This document shows, one piece after another, positions 50,052 through 63,916 of a DNA stretch of 64,000 nt; within the stretch, counting starts at the first letter, position 1; each line of letters opens with the position of its first letter. The notes below the pieces were generated by a model. The model was not told the DNA's origin. It worked only from the letters and a program-made list of their open reading frames with translations, and did no database searches. The DNA is taken from NCBI RefSeq assembly GCF_001194135.2, contig NC_068990.1, positions 86,793,772 through 86,857,771 on the forward strand, written 5' to 3'. This DNA is from Octopus bimaculoides (lineage: Eukaryota). The translations under genes were made by a program, and so were the position numbers.

Positions 50052-51516
50052 CCGGGCATACACACAGACAAATAGATATGTGTATGTGTTTGTAAGAACG
50101 TATGTGTGTGTGTGCATGTGCGTGTTTTATAAAATTGCCCAATACAGAAATATAGAGTGTAATAACTTTATTCACAGTCTGTTTCAATTATTTAATCCAT
50201 CAATAAGTAAAACGAGCAAGATAAAGTTCCTGCACACTTTGAAATGTTGAATAGCGAACTATGGAACTGAAAGATAACAGAAGAAAAGATAGTTTCCAAA
50301 CTACTGTTGTAGAAGAAGTCTAAAATTAGCTGCATAGAAGTAGCATAAACCAGTATGTGTTGTACCAAGATGGAAGTGAGTTGAATGCTAAGTAAGCCAG
50401 ATTCCAAACCGAAGATATGAATTGTAAAATAAACGTGTATATATGTGTGTGTGTGTGTATGTATGTATGTATATACGCATGGTGTATGCTTGTACGAATG
50501 TATGTGTGTGTAAATATACATGTATATATATATACATATATANNNNNNNNNNNNNNNNNNNNNNNNNNNNNNNNNNNNNNNNNNNNNNNNNNNNNNNNNN
50601 NNNNNNNNNNNNNNNNNNNNNNNNNNNNNNNNNNNNNNNNNNNNNNNNNNNNNNNNNNNNNNNNNNNNNNNNNNNNNNNNNNNNNNNNNNNNNNNNNNNN
50701 NNNNNNNNNNNNNNNNNNNNNNNNNNNNNNNNNNNNNNNNNNNNNNNNNNNNNNNNNNNNNNNNNNNNNNNNNNNNNNNNNNNNNNNNNNNNNNNNNNNN
50801 NNNNNNNNNNNNNNNNNNNNNNNNNNNNNNNNNNNNNNNNNNNNNNNNNNNNNNNNNNNNNNNNNNNNNNNNNNNNNNNNNNNNNNNNNNNNNNNNNNNN
50901 NNNNNNNNNNNNNNNNNNNNNNNNNNNNNNNNNNNNNNNNNNNNNNNNNNNNNNNNNNNNNNNNNNNNNNNNNNNNNNNNNNNNNNNNNNNNNNNNNNNN
51001 NNNNNNNNNNNNNNNNNNNNNNNNNNNNNNNNNNNNNNNNNNNNNNNNNNNNNNNNNNNNNNNNNNNNNNNNNNNNNNNNNNNNNNNNNNNNNNNNNNNN
51101 NNNNNNNNNNNNNNNNNNNNNNNNNNNNNNNNNNNNNNNNNNNNNNNNNNNNNNNNNNNNNNNNNNNNNNNNNNNNNNNNNNNNNNNNNNNNNNNNNNNN
51201 NNNNNNNNNNNNNNNNNNNNNNNNNNNNNNNNNNNNNNNNNNNNNNNNNNNNNNNNNNNNNNNNNNNNNNNNNNNNNNNNNNNNNNNNNNNNNNNNNNNN
51301 NNNNNNNNNNNNNNNNNNNNNNNNNNNNNNNNNNNNNNNNNNNNNNNNNNNNNNNNNNNNNNNNNNNNNNNNNNNNNNNNNNNNNNNNNNNNNNNNNNNN
51401 NNNNNNNNNNNNNNNNNNNNNNNNNNNNNNNNNNNNNNNNNNNNNNNNNNNNNNNNNNNNNNNNNNNNNNNNNNNNNNNNNNNNNNNNNNNNNNNNNNNN
51501 NNNNNNNNNNNNNNNN

Positions 51517-51617
<101 letters not shown>

Positions 51618-53059
51618 GTTTTCTTTCTTGACCACAAGGGCCAATTACAAAGTAAAAACCAACAATACTAGACAAGGGACGATTGCGCCTGAGCACAAAA
51701 TACGCACACACAATAAAAGCAATAACAACTAACAACAAAATTTAAAGAATAAAATTCTCCAGATGCAACGACTTACCCCCATGTCCAACCAACGAACCCC
51801 ACACTTCTTTGCTAAACATTACTGACTTTTAAGAGTAGAGGGCATGATATGACTGATGATATGTAGAAATCAGTCGTGACGTATACACACATTTTTGGAC
51901 GATGTTCAGATGTGGCCGTTATTTTCAGAAGTGTTTATACTTCGTCTTTTTAACAGAGCTATATTTTTGTTTCAAAGGAAGAACAGGACATGGCACCTGG
52001 AATATTCTTTATATTCTTTAGAAAACGAAAAACTAAGTCCATCAATCACCGTCTAATTTATTTTTACGGTCACCGTAAGATTTGAGTGTCAAAGGGAAGG
52101 CTTCTAGTCACCGTGTACTTGTCTCTGCATACTGTCCAGATCAACAGAGTAGGCCATAAATTTGATTTGTGTAGCCTATCAGTTGTAACTGTGGACCCCT
52201 AACAAATGACATATTCTGATACAATCTAAAAATCCTGAAGCACTTTCCCTAAATGTACATTCGCGTATTTATAAAATCTTGTAGGAGTTGTTTTCAAATT
52301 TCCTCTACTCCATCTTTCTTGTTTGGGTGATACCTTAACTTACCAACTTTCATCGATCTCTGTTCATTTGTCACCAGGCGTTGAGTGCATTCCAAATTGT
52401 ACTGAATTAGGGTTGCTTGTACAGCTTGGAAGATTCTTTACGCTAAGTGGGCAGTTACAACACCGAACACAAGGAGGTTCGATGATCTCTGGAAATCATA
52501 TTTCAGATATAGAGATTTGATTTCTTGATTTTTGACAAACTTATCAGATAAGATGGCAGGAGATTTCGTAAGAAATCTCTCACACGTTCTTTTATTTTTA
52601 TTTTCCTGAATCTTCATTCATATTCCAGTTACTTTCTAAATTCAACATTAGCAAATAATTTGCTGCCTTTCATTCTCTCTTTATTCTTGGTTGCTTCTTA
52701 TGAAATTCTTTTCCTTTAAATGCGTAGAAATTGTCTGTGTTTTCTTGCATAATTGATATATTATTTTGACAATTCCAAAAAAAACTTCGTGTTCAAAATT
52801 CATGGAGACATGTACAGCAGAGAAAGGAGAAGACATGAAGTTATACAAGTAAGAAAATATTTACATGATAAATTGTACAAAAATGTTCAACGATAAACCT
52901 TATTTTTTACACTTCCAAATAATGGATATGGATACTCAAATGTTCAAAAACCGTAATTAATTCCGAAAGTTTTCTATGAAGTCCAAAACCTGTAATCTAA
53001 TTCTTCAATCGTTCTATGTATGATATACTTAGACATAGATCCATAGAAGAATCATAGGT

Positions 53060-53168
53060 CTTGACTGGTAAGTATTTTATCGGCCTTGAACGGATGAAAG
53101 GTAAAGATGACCGAAACAGGATCTGAATCAAGAACGTAAACAGCCGGAGGAAATATCGCGAATCATTT
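53060..53168 (-). mobile_element. SINE family A, highly decayed fragment
   Basis: Plus-strand ACTGGTAAGTATTTTATCG...GGATGAAAGGTAAAG..GAACGTAAACAG, resembling the reverse complement of family A. Confidence 0.55.
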
Positions 53169-53189
53169 CTTCTAACACTCAAACGAAAT

Positions 53190-53390
53190 GGGGAGTAGAT
53201 CTCTATTGAGGTGACGCACTGTCAGGGAAATTAATATCAAAAGAGGAATTTTTCAGGGGACACGTTGTCCACTTTGATATTTGTCCTTATGTTTGATCTC
53301 CCACAGTTTAGTATTGAGGGAGGCAAAAGCAGGGTATCAGTTGCTCTACAGGGATGATCTGAATCTTATAGTAAAAATGAAAAGAGAGAA
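53190..53390 (+). mobile_element. R4/Dong-like reverse transcriptase fragment
   Basis: REINIKRGIFQGDTLSTLIFVL...LREAKAGYQ..LYRDDL (RT domains 4-5; frameshifted). Confidence 0.78.
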
Positions 53391-53398
53391 AAAGAGAC

Positions 53399-53455
<57 letters not shown>

Positions 53456-53465
53456 AATAATAAAA

Positions 53466-53530
<65 letters not shown>

Positions 53531-53533
<3 letters not shown>

Positions 53534-53865
53534 TATTTGAGACCGCTAAGATCTGGCAGCTACGAGAGTCTAACATAAAGGTTATCCCTATTGTCAGCGG
53601 AGCATTGGGTTCAATACCACTCAACCTGAAGAAAACATGTCAAAACCTTAGAGATACCCCACAATGTAGATGTATTGCAAAAGTCGGCATTACTTGGAAC
53701 TGTACGGATATTGCGTAAAGAACTGTCTGTGTGAGGTGCTTGTTGTGACTTAACAAAAACATTACAAGTCCTCAGTAGTCACAATATCTTTAATCAACAC
53801 CATCACGATACTGTATACTGTGCGACGTCCAGCAGGCTAATGATTCTGCCAGCTTGCTGCCTTAA
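53531..53865 (+). mobile_element. R4/Dong-like LINE 3' end between two (TAA)n arrays
   Basis: AKIWQLRESNIKVIPIVSGALGSIPLNL / IPHNVDVLQKSALLGTVRILRKELSV* (TGA at 53732-53734). The 3' UTR ends GCCTTAAA-(TAA)n, and (TAA)n lies immediately upstream. Confidence 0.87.
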
Positions 53866-53885
53866 ATAATAATAATAATAATAAC

Positions 53886-53946
<61 letters not shown>

Positions 53947-53949
53947 GTA

Positions 53950-53984
<35 letters not shown>

Positions 53985-54902
53985 NNNNNNNNNNNNNNNN
54001 NNNNNNNNNNNNNNNNNNNNNNNNNNNNNNNNNNNNNNNNNNNNNNNNNNNNNNNNNNNNNNNNNNNNNNNNNNNNNNNNNNNNNNNNNNNNNNNNNNNN
54101 NNNNNNNNNNNNNNNNNNNNNNNNNNNNNNNNNNNNNNNNNNNNNNNNNNNNNNNNNNNNNNNNNNNNNNNNNNNNNNNNNNNNNNNNNNNNNNNNNNNN
54201 NNNNNNNNNNNNNNNNNNNNNNNNNNNNNNNNNNNNNNNNNNNNNNNNNNNNNNNNNNNNNNNNNNNNNNNNNNNNNNNNNNNNNNNNNNNNNNNNNNNN
54301 NNNNNNNNNNNNNNNNNNNNNNNNNNNNNNNNNNNNNNNNNNNNNNNNNNNNNNNNNNNNNNNNNNNNNNNNNNNNNNNNNNNNNNNNNNNNNNNNNNNN
54401 NNNNNNNNNNNNNNNNNNNNNNNNNNNNNNNNNNNNNNNNNNNNNNNNNNNNNNNNNNNNNNNNNNNNNNNNNNNNNNNNNNNNNNNNNNNNNNNNNNNN
54501 NNNNNNNNNNNNNNNNNNNNNNNNNNNNNNNNNNNNNNNNNNNNNNNNNNNNNNNNNNNNNNNNNNNNNNNNNNNNNNNNNNNNNNNNNNNNNNNNNNNN
54601 NNNNNNNNNNNNNNNNNNNNNNNNNNNNNNNNNNNNNNNNNNNNNNNNNNNNNNNNNNNNNNNNNNNNNNNNNNNNNNNNNNNNNNNNNNNNNNNNNNNN
54701 NNNNNNNNNNNNNNNNNNNNNNNNNNNNNNNNNNNNNNNNNNNNNNNNNNNNNNNNNNNNNNNNNNNNNNNNNNNNNNNNNNNNNNNNNNNNNNNNNNNN
54801 NNNNNNNNNNNNNNNNNNNNNNNNNNNNNNNNNNNNNNNNNNNNNNNNNNNNNNNNNNNNNNNNNNNNNNNNNNNNNNNNNNNNNNNNNNNNNNNNNNNN
54901 NN

Positions 54903-54995
<93 letters not shown>

Positions 54996-55009
54996 GTAAA
55001 TAATAATAA

Positions 55010-56990
55010 TGTCTGAAAAATATGGAGAAACCGGAAAGCATCACTGCATACGATTTCAGAGTTATAGTCTAAATGTTCAATGACACATAAATTCACTGCA
55101 GAAAAATTAATGAGATGCAAACAGATGCAGAAACAACACTTGACTGACTCACTAAGGAAAAGAAAAAAACATTTTTTCATATCTGAAGAAACCACATAAC
55201 CTCAAAACTGAAAGCAGTTTTGAGGTTACAGGCAATAAATAGAAGTTCTATAAAAGAAACAAATTCTCGTTAGAATACTGTATGGATACACCTCTCCACT
55301 CGCTGCATGGCAATAATGCCTTTCAGTTGTATGTTTAACGGATCTGCACTCGAGTAAAAATTCCACGAAGAAGTATTTTTTTGTATTCGGATAATCAGAA
55401 GTTGTATGTCGCAAATAATAAACAACTAAAAACACTAGTATAAAATGGATTTATAGAAGAAATCGATATGAGATTTGGTTTAGTAAAACGCACCAAAGCA
55501 ATTTGGAACAGAGGAAAATGGGTGAAGAACTCTATTATCTTACAGGATAAAGAAAATGAGATCAGAGAATTAGACCAAACAAAAATGTATGAATATTTAG
55601 GGATCAATGAGAATCTATGTGCAACCATACAGAAATGAAGCCAGAGATTAGGAACGAATATTATAGACGTATCTGATTACAACTTAAACCAGAGTTAAAT
55701 GCAAAACAACAATAATAATAATAATATATAAATAATGGAATTAATATTCATACAAAAGCCGACTGAGTACTAAGTTAAAGTTATAATTCTCTCAACTGAA
55801 TTCTAAATGAACTAGCAAGACTAGACAGGAAAGCAAAGAAATTAATGATTGCATTTACAATCTCCCGGCAGCATTAGAGAGGTTATAATTGCCAAGTTGT
55901 AATGGTCTTTTACGCTAAAATATCTAGTGTGGGACTACAAACGTATCGAGAACAGAACCATAGAAAATACAAATAGCCACGAACGACAAACAAAAAACAA
56001 ATTTTTTTTCCGTTGAAGAAAGACAAAAAATACGAAACAGTTATGAGAAATACAAAACAATTATGATGAAAAAGGAGAAAAATCTACAAATATTGTAAAA
56101 GAAACAAAAAGAATTAAATCTAATGTATAAGTGAGGCCACAAAATGATACAATGAACCTGTTAGGGAGAAAATTTGAATAGAATAAAAATAGACAAGAAA
56201 ACCTGTATAGCCATGAAAGACGAATACTGGCTGAGAAGTGAGGGGCTCAAAACAGAAGCCGAAGAATTCTTGATCCTTACAGACGATCAACGTTTTCTCA
56301 GCAGGAAACACCGAGGATGTACGGTGAAAGGGAATACAATAACTCAAGAGTAGGTAAATATCGGGCAAGAAGCAATTGACCATAATGTTTCTAATTGTCC
56401 AGTCTTGACCAAAACAGAATACATTTACACGCATGAGAGAATAGGGACTTACATAGAACAATTGTTATTCTTTTCTACTCTAGGTAGAAGGCCTGAAAGT
56501 TTTGGGGAAGGGGCAACTGGTACTTAATTTATCGACCCTGAAAGGATGAAAGGCAAAGTCGACCTCGGCGGAATTTGAACTCAGAACATAAAGACAGAAG
56601 AAATACAGCTAAGCATTTCGCCCGGAGTACTAACGCTTCTTATTTCTTTATTGCCCACAAGGGGCTAAACATAGAGAGGACAAACAAGGACAGACAAAGG
56701 GATTAAGTCGATTACATCGACCCCAGTGCATAACTTGTACTTAATTTATCGACCTCGAAAGGACAAAAAGCAAATTCGATCTCGGCGGAATTTGAACTCA
56801 GAACGTAAAGACAGACGAAATACCGCTAAGCATTTCGTCCGGCGTGCTAACGTTTCTGCCAGCTCGCCACCTTATTGAACAATAGTTATGCCAGCACTAT
56901 GAAATAGCCACGGATGAAATAGCCAGAGATGATGTATACAGATTGACCAAATCTTGCTGTCAAAAACTCCCGGATGAGTTGAAAACAATG
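55010..56990 (+). mobile_element. Degenerate R4/Dong-like LINE (RT to knuckle region) after a long (TAA)n, split by a SINE
   Basis: EIDMRFGLVKR..RGK, LDQTKMYEYLGINE, IRNEYYRR..ELNAK, ELARLDRKAKKL, GLKTEAEEFL, AIDHNVSNCPVLTKTEY..HERIG. The frame resumes after the SINE as LCQHYEI. Similar to the 1480-3180 element. Confidence 0.8.
56469..56876 (-). mobile_element. SINE family A dimer with a 13-bp target-site duplication
   Basis: Flanks GAACAATTGTTAT (56456-56468) and GAACAATAGTTAT (56877-56889), 12/13 identical; same dimer junction as the 15.5 kb and 34.9 kb copies. Confidence 0.92.
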
Positions 56991-57132
56991 CTGAAAAGCC
57001 GTCGATAGCCTATGTTCTATAGGCAACTCTAGCAACGTGAAATAAAGTGTTCTGCTCAATAGAATACTACTGGGCAATAGAAACAGAATAATACAAGCAA
57101 AATATAATATGAATAAATCAGAATTTGAAGAT

Positions 57133-57213
57133 GACACAAGGCACCACCTGAAGTCGAACTCATCACCTTACGATGGTGAGCCAAATACCTTTAGCACTAA
57201 GTCAGGCGCCTTC
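57133..57213 (-). mobile_element. SINE family E tRNA-like head fragment
   Basis: GAAGGCGCCTGACTTAGTGCTAAAGG...GTAAGGTGATGAGTTCGACTTC resembles the 30437 head. It lies between two copies of a local ~60-bp duplication (about 57062-57133 and about 57305-57370). Confidence 0.6.
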
Positions 57214-57349
57214 GTAATAAAAATAACATTGAGAACGTAAATCACCAAAATAGATGCAATGCGTGACAAAGTTAATAACAATACATAACTGTAGAACACC
57301 AGGAAAATACTACTGACCGATCGAAACAGAATAACACAAACAAAAATAT

Positions 57350-58240
57350 GAATAAATCAGAAGATGAAGCTGATTCAAGAGGAGGAAATTCTAAAGATGG
57401 AAACAATGAATCTGATAATAATTTAAAGATAGAAATAATTAAAGAATTATAATCAATAGATCTTTATATGGAGAATGGAGAACGAAATTATGTCCAAGTA
57501 GAAAACTCAACAATGAAATAGTAAGAATAAAGAACGTAAAATTGACCATCACAGATTTATCAAAAATGGTTACAACTGACAATGTTATAGCAGACGAAAG
57601 GATATATTTAGCTGTGGCAGAGTTAGTTACAAAGACAATTGGATGTTCCTCGTATCTAACCATATGAGAATATCGAAAACAAAGCAAGTAATGTTGTAAA
57701 TATCTTGCTGAAATAGAAAAGAACAGAAAATATGTTCAGAATATAACAGAAAAAAAAACGTATAAGTACGACAGAAATATAGCAAAAGCATAATCCATGG
57801 GATGAAAGAACACTTGAAGAAAGCGAAACAGTAAAGAAATCAATGACAAGAAATTTGATGATGTTTTGAACAAAACAATTCATTCTACTTTAAAAGAAAT
57901 TCTTGAGGAACTGAATAAAAAATAAAGTACAAATGAAGGACAACACCAAAAGCAAATGTATTCAAATATTCCTGGGTAAACATAAAGAGAGTGAAAGAAT
58001 CGCTATGATCCAGAATCGTTGAGTATAACACTTGAAAACGGTGGGAGATGATAACGAAATAATAATTAATCCAGACGCTTGAGAAAGAAATACCTGAAAT
58101 GAAGCATCAGATAATGAAACCAGAGTAAACGGTTAGAATAGTTCGTTGGGATAATTAATGAGACACTGAAGGACACCGAAAGAATACCTTACTGGTTTGC
58201 TGACTTCACTGATACCAGATTATCTTAATCTCTAAGACTG
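57350..58240 (+). mobile_element. Degenerate N-terminal (pre-RT) region of an R4/Dong-like LINE
   Basis: A-rich decayed coding-like DNA: KIEIIKEL, VTTDNVIADERIYLAVAELVTKTIG, ENIENK, and an ending resembling the WLxxGxTxLIPK start of RT. Confidence 0.45.
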
Positions 58241-59142
58241 AAAAAAAGAGCAAAATCTAAAGGTTAGAGATTAAAGATTTTCCGTGATACCTCTTAAAGT
58301 TTTAAACTGCAGTAATATGGCGGAGAACAATCAGTCGAAAAAAGAAACAGCTTGTCTCCTAAGTCGGGCTGTAGAGCTCATTTGTTTACAAAATTCAATT
58401 ATTGATCAGCAAAAACATACCCGAATGCTGTTGGAACACTGTTTGTCATATAGATTGCCTACCAGTCATGTTTTTGTACAGTGCAACATATTTATATACG
58501 GGAAACGTTAATTAAAAGTAATGTAGCATCACCAATAGTCAGGTACATTAAATACGTCATAAGTAAGTAACAAGCAACACTGTAAATAGAGATGGAAAAA
58601 AGAACTATAATAATTAGCCCCAATCCTATTAGGAATATTTAATAGTCTTTTGTAAATTTCCTTCCCCTTTTACTGTATTGTACTCTGTCTAGTACATTTA
58701 TTCATAAGTATTTATAAGTTTATGTCTGCGGTAATCAGCTTAATTCCGTTTTTCTTTAAAATGATATTAATATTCTTAAGTACTTTCCTCCTTTCAAGGT
58801 TGTCTTGGTACATATTTCATATTATTAACTTGAATAAATCCGTAAACTATCTGTAGTAGCATCTTCTGTGACAACTTGCCGTTGCTCATATTCAAAGTTT
58901 AATAAACTTTCCCACAACAGCGTTTGTATTTGTACCTATTCTGAGTTAATTTCGCCTTTCACAGTGTTAGCGCCAGGAAGACATTTACTGGAAAGACAGT
59001 GTCCGCTGAGAATAAAATTCGTTTAAAAGAGATCGGAGCTAATTTTTTTTAGAAATCCTCTTTCCTGTATCTAAGGAATAGTCGCTCTCCTCCCTTAGCT
59101 ACGAAATAATACACGTACAATCACGACAGTTACAGGGATTTC

Positions 59143-59350
59143 ATACAATGGAAATTATGTCAGCATTTTGAAAATAGAACATATAAGAGATGGCATTCGT
59201 ATACATCTGAAAGCATTTGAGTGGTTCACTGACAAAACGACTGTACACTGGGATAAGCCAATCTAAGCAGAACGGGGCAACACCCACCAAAAAGCTGAAT
59301 ATCGTTGTCAAGGACCATGCAGGCAATAAAGTATTTATCAATGAATAGAA
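59143..59350 (+). mobile_element. R4/Dong-like LINE fragment (post-knuckle to REL)
   Basis: QWKLCQHFE..KRWHSYT..KTTVHWDKPI..NIVVKDH (cf. HWxLC..Y, WDxxIxTD, RPDIVV). Confidence 0.7.
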
Positions 59351-59607
59351 AAAAATATTGATATAGAATGGTCTGGAAATATAATAACTACCACAATTTG
59401 TAACAGGAACAACACCTTTAAATCATAGTTGCATTGAGACTGAACAAACGGATATGGAGAAATACATGCCTTAATGCCTCGTCCATACAAATATATTCAA
59501 CATAAGTCAGCGGATTCTACACACATATTATATATAGTAATTTCAATTGAACAGTAACAACAAAACAAAACCAATGTTCTGCAGTTACTCAATATATCAC
59601 ATCAAAA

Positions 59608-59702
59608 AGGGCGGTGAGCTGGCAGAATCGTTAGCACGCCGGGTGACATGCCTACCCGTATTTCGTCTGCTGTTACGTTCTGAGTTCAAATTCAGCCGAG
59701 GT
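59608..59702 (+). mobile_element. SINE family A, 5' fragment
   Basis: AGGGCGGTGAGCTGGCAGAATCGTTAGCACGCCGGG...GTTCTGAGTTCAAATTCAGCCGAGG. Confidence 0.85.
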
Positions 59703-59810
59703 ATCTATATATAGATAATCGTATGTATATGAATATATATATAGATAATTATACTGTTTTTACTTAATCCAAGAGCATTTCGACAAAGCACGCTAAAGAG
59801 TCTTCTTCTT

Positions 59811-59843
<33 letters not shown>

Positions 59844-60959
59844 TATCTGTAAAATGCGATAAAGAAATAAATGTTTCGCAATTTTAAATTTTATTGCTTG
59901 TGAAGAAAATTCTTCTCCGTCAACAACCAGATGTAATTTGAACTCCATCATCGTACCTCTCATAAATCTGAACAGAATTTCATGTTACTGAGGCAGAGAG
60001 TGGTAATATGAAACGACGGTAATCTGAAAAGTGGGAACCGGTTGCCAGCTTGAAATAAACAAACACACTGTATATGCTTAACGTATACAAAAGGTCGATG
60101 GACCAATTATGGCAGTATTTGTCCTGAGAGAGTATTTCGTTGGGCTTTTGTTTGAAGAACATAATAAATATCAGAAAGGGACGAAAGTTTTTCTTCAGGA
60201 GTTGTCAGCGACAGAACAAGACACATTTTGGCGCTACTGACAACCAGCGACACGCACAAATGAGAATTCATTGATTCCGATATAAAGAAAAGTTAATAAA
60301 AGATTCACTGATGTTGCGAATATTTGCCGAGTTGATTCAAAATCCTGTATGTGAAATAGAGATAGTATTTAATTTGAATAGCCATCTTCATATCATACTT
60401 GTATATACATGTATATACACCGTCAACGGGACATTTGCTACAGTATTTTTCCTGATATGGAAGATTTCTCATGGATTCGCTATGTTAAAAAGACAATAAA
60501 TATCAAAGAGAGTGAGACGAACATTCGTCCTTCTATACACATAAAACTCATTAGCCAATATTGATTAATGTGTATCTCTATAATATAAACATATATTAAG
60601 AACTACAGTAAGAAATATTAGAGTAATTCATATTGGATTTACATCATCGCATATTTTTATAGTATAGCTCTCTGACAGTCTCTTCAGTATAAACGTAAAT
60701 ATCACATTTAAAATTATTCCTCTATGGGCGTCAAAAGATAATGTATTCTCTGAAGAACACGACCAATAAAATTATGGATAGGACAGCAAAATTTAAAGAG
60801 AATCGAATAAATTATATTCAATATTAATGTTTGAGTATTTTGTTAAAGCATCTTTACATACGTTTGTATGTATACATACGTATACATAAACAGTTATATG
60901 TATATATGTACGTGCGTGTGTATGGAGTCGTATATGGACAATTATAAATATGAACACCT

Positions 60960-61000
<41 letters not shown>

Positions 61001-61814
61001 NNNNNNNNNNNNNNNNNNNNNNNNNNNNNNNNNNNNNNNNNNNNNNNNNNNNNNNNNNNNNNNNNNNNNNNNNNNNNNNNNNNNNNNNNNNNNNNNNNNN
61101 NNNNNNNNNNNNNNNNNNNNNNNNNNNNNNNNNNNNNNNNNNNNNNNNNNNNNNNNNNNNNNNNNNNNNNNNNNNNNNNNNNNNNNNNNNNNNNNNNNNN
61201 NNNNNNNNNNNNNNNNNNNNNNNNNNNNNNNNNNNNNNNNNNNNNNNNNNNNNNNNNNNNNNNNNNNNNNNNNNNNNNNNNNNNNNNNNNNNNNNNNNNN
61301 NNNNNNNNNNNNNNNNNNNNNNNNNNNNNNNNNNNNNNNNNNNNNNNNNNNNNNNNNNNNNNNNNNNNNNNNNNNNNNNNNNNNNNNNNNNNNNNNNNNN
61401 NNNNNNNNNNNNNNNNNNNNNNNNNNNNNNNNNNNNNNNNNNNNNNNNNNNNNNNNNNNNNNNNNNNNNNNNNNNNNNNNNNNNNNNNNNNNNNNNNNNN
61501 NNNNNNNNNNNNNNNNNNNNNNNNNNNNNNNNNNNNNNNNNNNNNNNNNNNNNNNNNNNNNNNNNNNNNNNNNNNNNNNNNNNNNNNNNNNNNNNNNNNN
61601 NNNNNNNNNNNNNNNNNNNNNNNNNNNNNNNNNNNNNNNNNNNNNNNNNNNNNNNNNNNNNNNNNNNNNNNNNNNNNNNNNNNNNNNNNNNNNNNNNNNN
61701 NNNNNNNNNNNNNNNNNNNNNNNNNNNNNNNNNNNNNNNNNNNNNNNATATATATATATGTATATATATATACAAGTATAAATGTATATATATATGTATC
61801 TATATGTACATGTA

Positions 61815-61854
<40 letters not shown>

Positions 61855-61858
<4 letters not shown>

Positions 61859-61892
61859 CCAGCATGGCCACAGCTCATGAGCTGAAACTGGA
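61855..61892 (+). mobile_element. SINE family B, extreme 3' fragment
   Basis: CCCCAGCATGGCCACAG..CTGAAAC directly after (TA)n. Confidence 0.5.
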
Positions 61893-61981
61893 TAAAATGA
61901 ATATACAATGTGCGTGTGTATGTGTATGCCTGTGTGTGTATACACTTGTATGTATATATACATATATACGTACATATATAA

Positions 61982-62020
<39 letters not shown>

Positions 62021-62394
62021 CATATGTGTGTGTGCGTATTTGTGCTTGTCTATATGTGTGTGTGTGTATTTTCACGGATATGTATGCATATATACACATG
62101 CATACAAACAGAAACTGTTATGTTTTAGGTATTCCGCTCAAACTAAGACAGGAGGTCAGATATATAGAGAAAGCTCAGGAAATTACTGCAATGATGCGTG
62201 ATGAATAAAGACAGACGACTATGATAAACTTCACAATCAATATCTGGTGTGTGAGGAGGTGAGATCCCAGTGCAATATGGAGGCTATATTGCTAACGGAA
62301 GTGACACACTCTAAAGAAGCCATGCTTAAACAGAACGGATGTTCAGCAAGTCAGCACTGAAACCTTGTACCAAAGTAGTTTATATGCGTGTTTC

Positions 62395-62431
<37 letters not shown>

Positions 62432-62546
62432 ATATATATATATGTATATGTATATATGTGTATATATGCATGTATATAAATATACATACATATATGAATA
62501 TATATATGTATATGGATATCTATGCGTTTGTGAGTGTTAATACATG

Positions 62547-62587
<41 letters not shown>

Positions 62588-63295
62588 NNNNNNNNNNNNN
62601 NNNNNNNNNNNNNNNNNNNNNNNNNNNNNNNNNNNNNNNNNNNNNNNNNNNNNNNNNNNNNNNNNNNNNNNNNNNNNNNNNNNNNNNNNNNNNNNNNNNN
62701 NNNNNNNNNNNNNNNNNNNNNNNNNNNNNNNNNNNNNNNNNNNNNNNNNNNNNNNNNNNNNNNNNNNNNNNNNNNNNNNNNNNNNNNNNNNNNNNNNNNN
62801 NNNNNNNNNNNNNNNNNNNNNNNNNNNNNNNNNNNNNNNNNNNNNNNNNNNNNNNNNNNNNNNNNNNNNNNNNNNNNNNNNNNNNNNNNNNNNNNNNNNN
62901 NNNNNNNNNNNNNNNNNNNNNNNNNNNNNNNNNNNNNNNNNNNNNNNNNNNNNNNNNNNNNNNNNNNNNNNNNNNNNNNNNNNNNNNNNNNNNNNNNNNN
63001 NNNNNNNNNNNNNNNNNNNNNNNNNNNNNNNNNNNNNNNNNNNNNNNNNNNNNNNNNNNNNNNNNNNNNNNNNNNNNNNNNNNNNNNNNNNNNNNNNNNN
63101 NNNNNNNNNNNNNNNNNNNNNNNNNNNNNNNNNNNNNNNNNNNNNNNNNNNNNNNNNNNNNNNNNNNNNNNNNNNNNNNNNNNNNNNNNNNNNNNNNNNN
63201 NNNNNNNNNNNNNNNNNNNNNNNNNNNNNNNNNNNNNNNNNNNNNNNNNNNNNNNNNNNNNNNNNNNNNNNNNNNNNNNNNNNNNNNNNNNNNNN

Positions 63296-63296
63296 N

Positions 63297-63382
<86 letters not shown>

Positions 63383-63916
63383 TGTAACATCAAAAGAATA
63401 AGATATGGATATTAGAGAAATAGAGGATTATTCATATACGTTATAGTTTAGAACAAGCGAGAATGTAACGTAGCTATTCGCTCCGACATTCGAAACTCGG
63501 AGTACTATAACGGCGACCATGCGTAGATGATACCGGTATTCGTTAACACGTTACTCTACACGTTATTGTTGATGATGATGAGGAGGATGGTTATGATTAT
63601 GATGACTGCAACGAGGTCGATGATGACTTCTTCGAAACAGATGACGACGACAATGCGATGGTGTTCTAGTGGTGGTGGTGGTGGTGGTGGTGGTGGTGGT
63701 GTCGATGGTAATGATGGTGATGGAGGAGTCGTCGTTCTGATGCTTGTACTGATACTAGTGGCATAGATAAGATGAATATGAGCAAAAATCGATTAATATA
63801 GAGAGAACAAAATGAATAAGATTCAATGAGTAGATATCTTGTATAAAGAATAAAGAGGAAAGAAGAATATAACTAAGAGTGATGACTAAAGAAATAGAGA
63901 CATTAAATGTACTATT

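Noticed and set aside
51770-51900. Perfect minus-strand donor GG|GTAAGT at about 51775
   Set aside because: No open frame, acceptor or start upstream; isolated donors are expected by chance in 64 kb.
62129-62208. Possible plus-strand terminal exon GIPLKLRQEVRYIEKAQEITAMMRDE*
   Set aside because: The acceptor is plausible, but there is no recognisable domain, no partner exon, and it is embedded in microsatellites.
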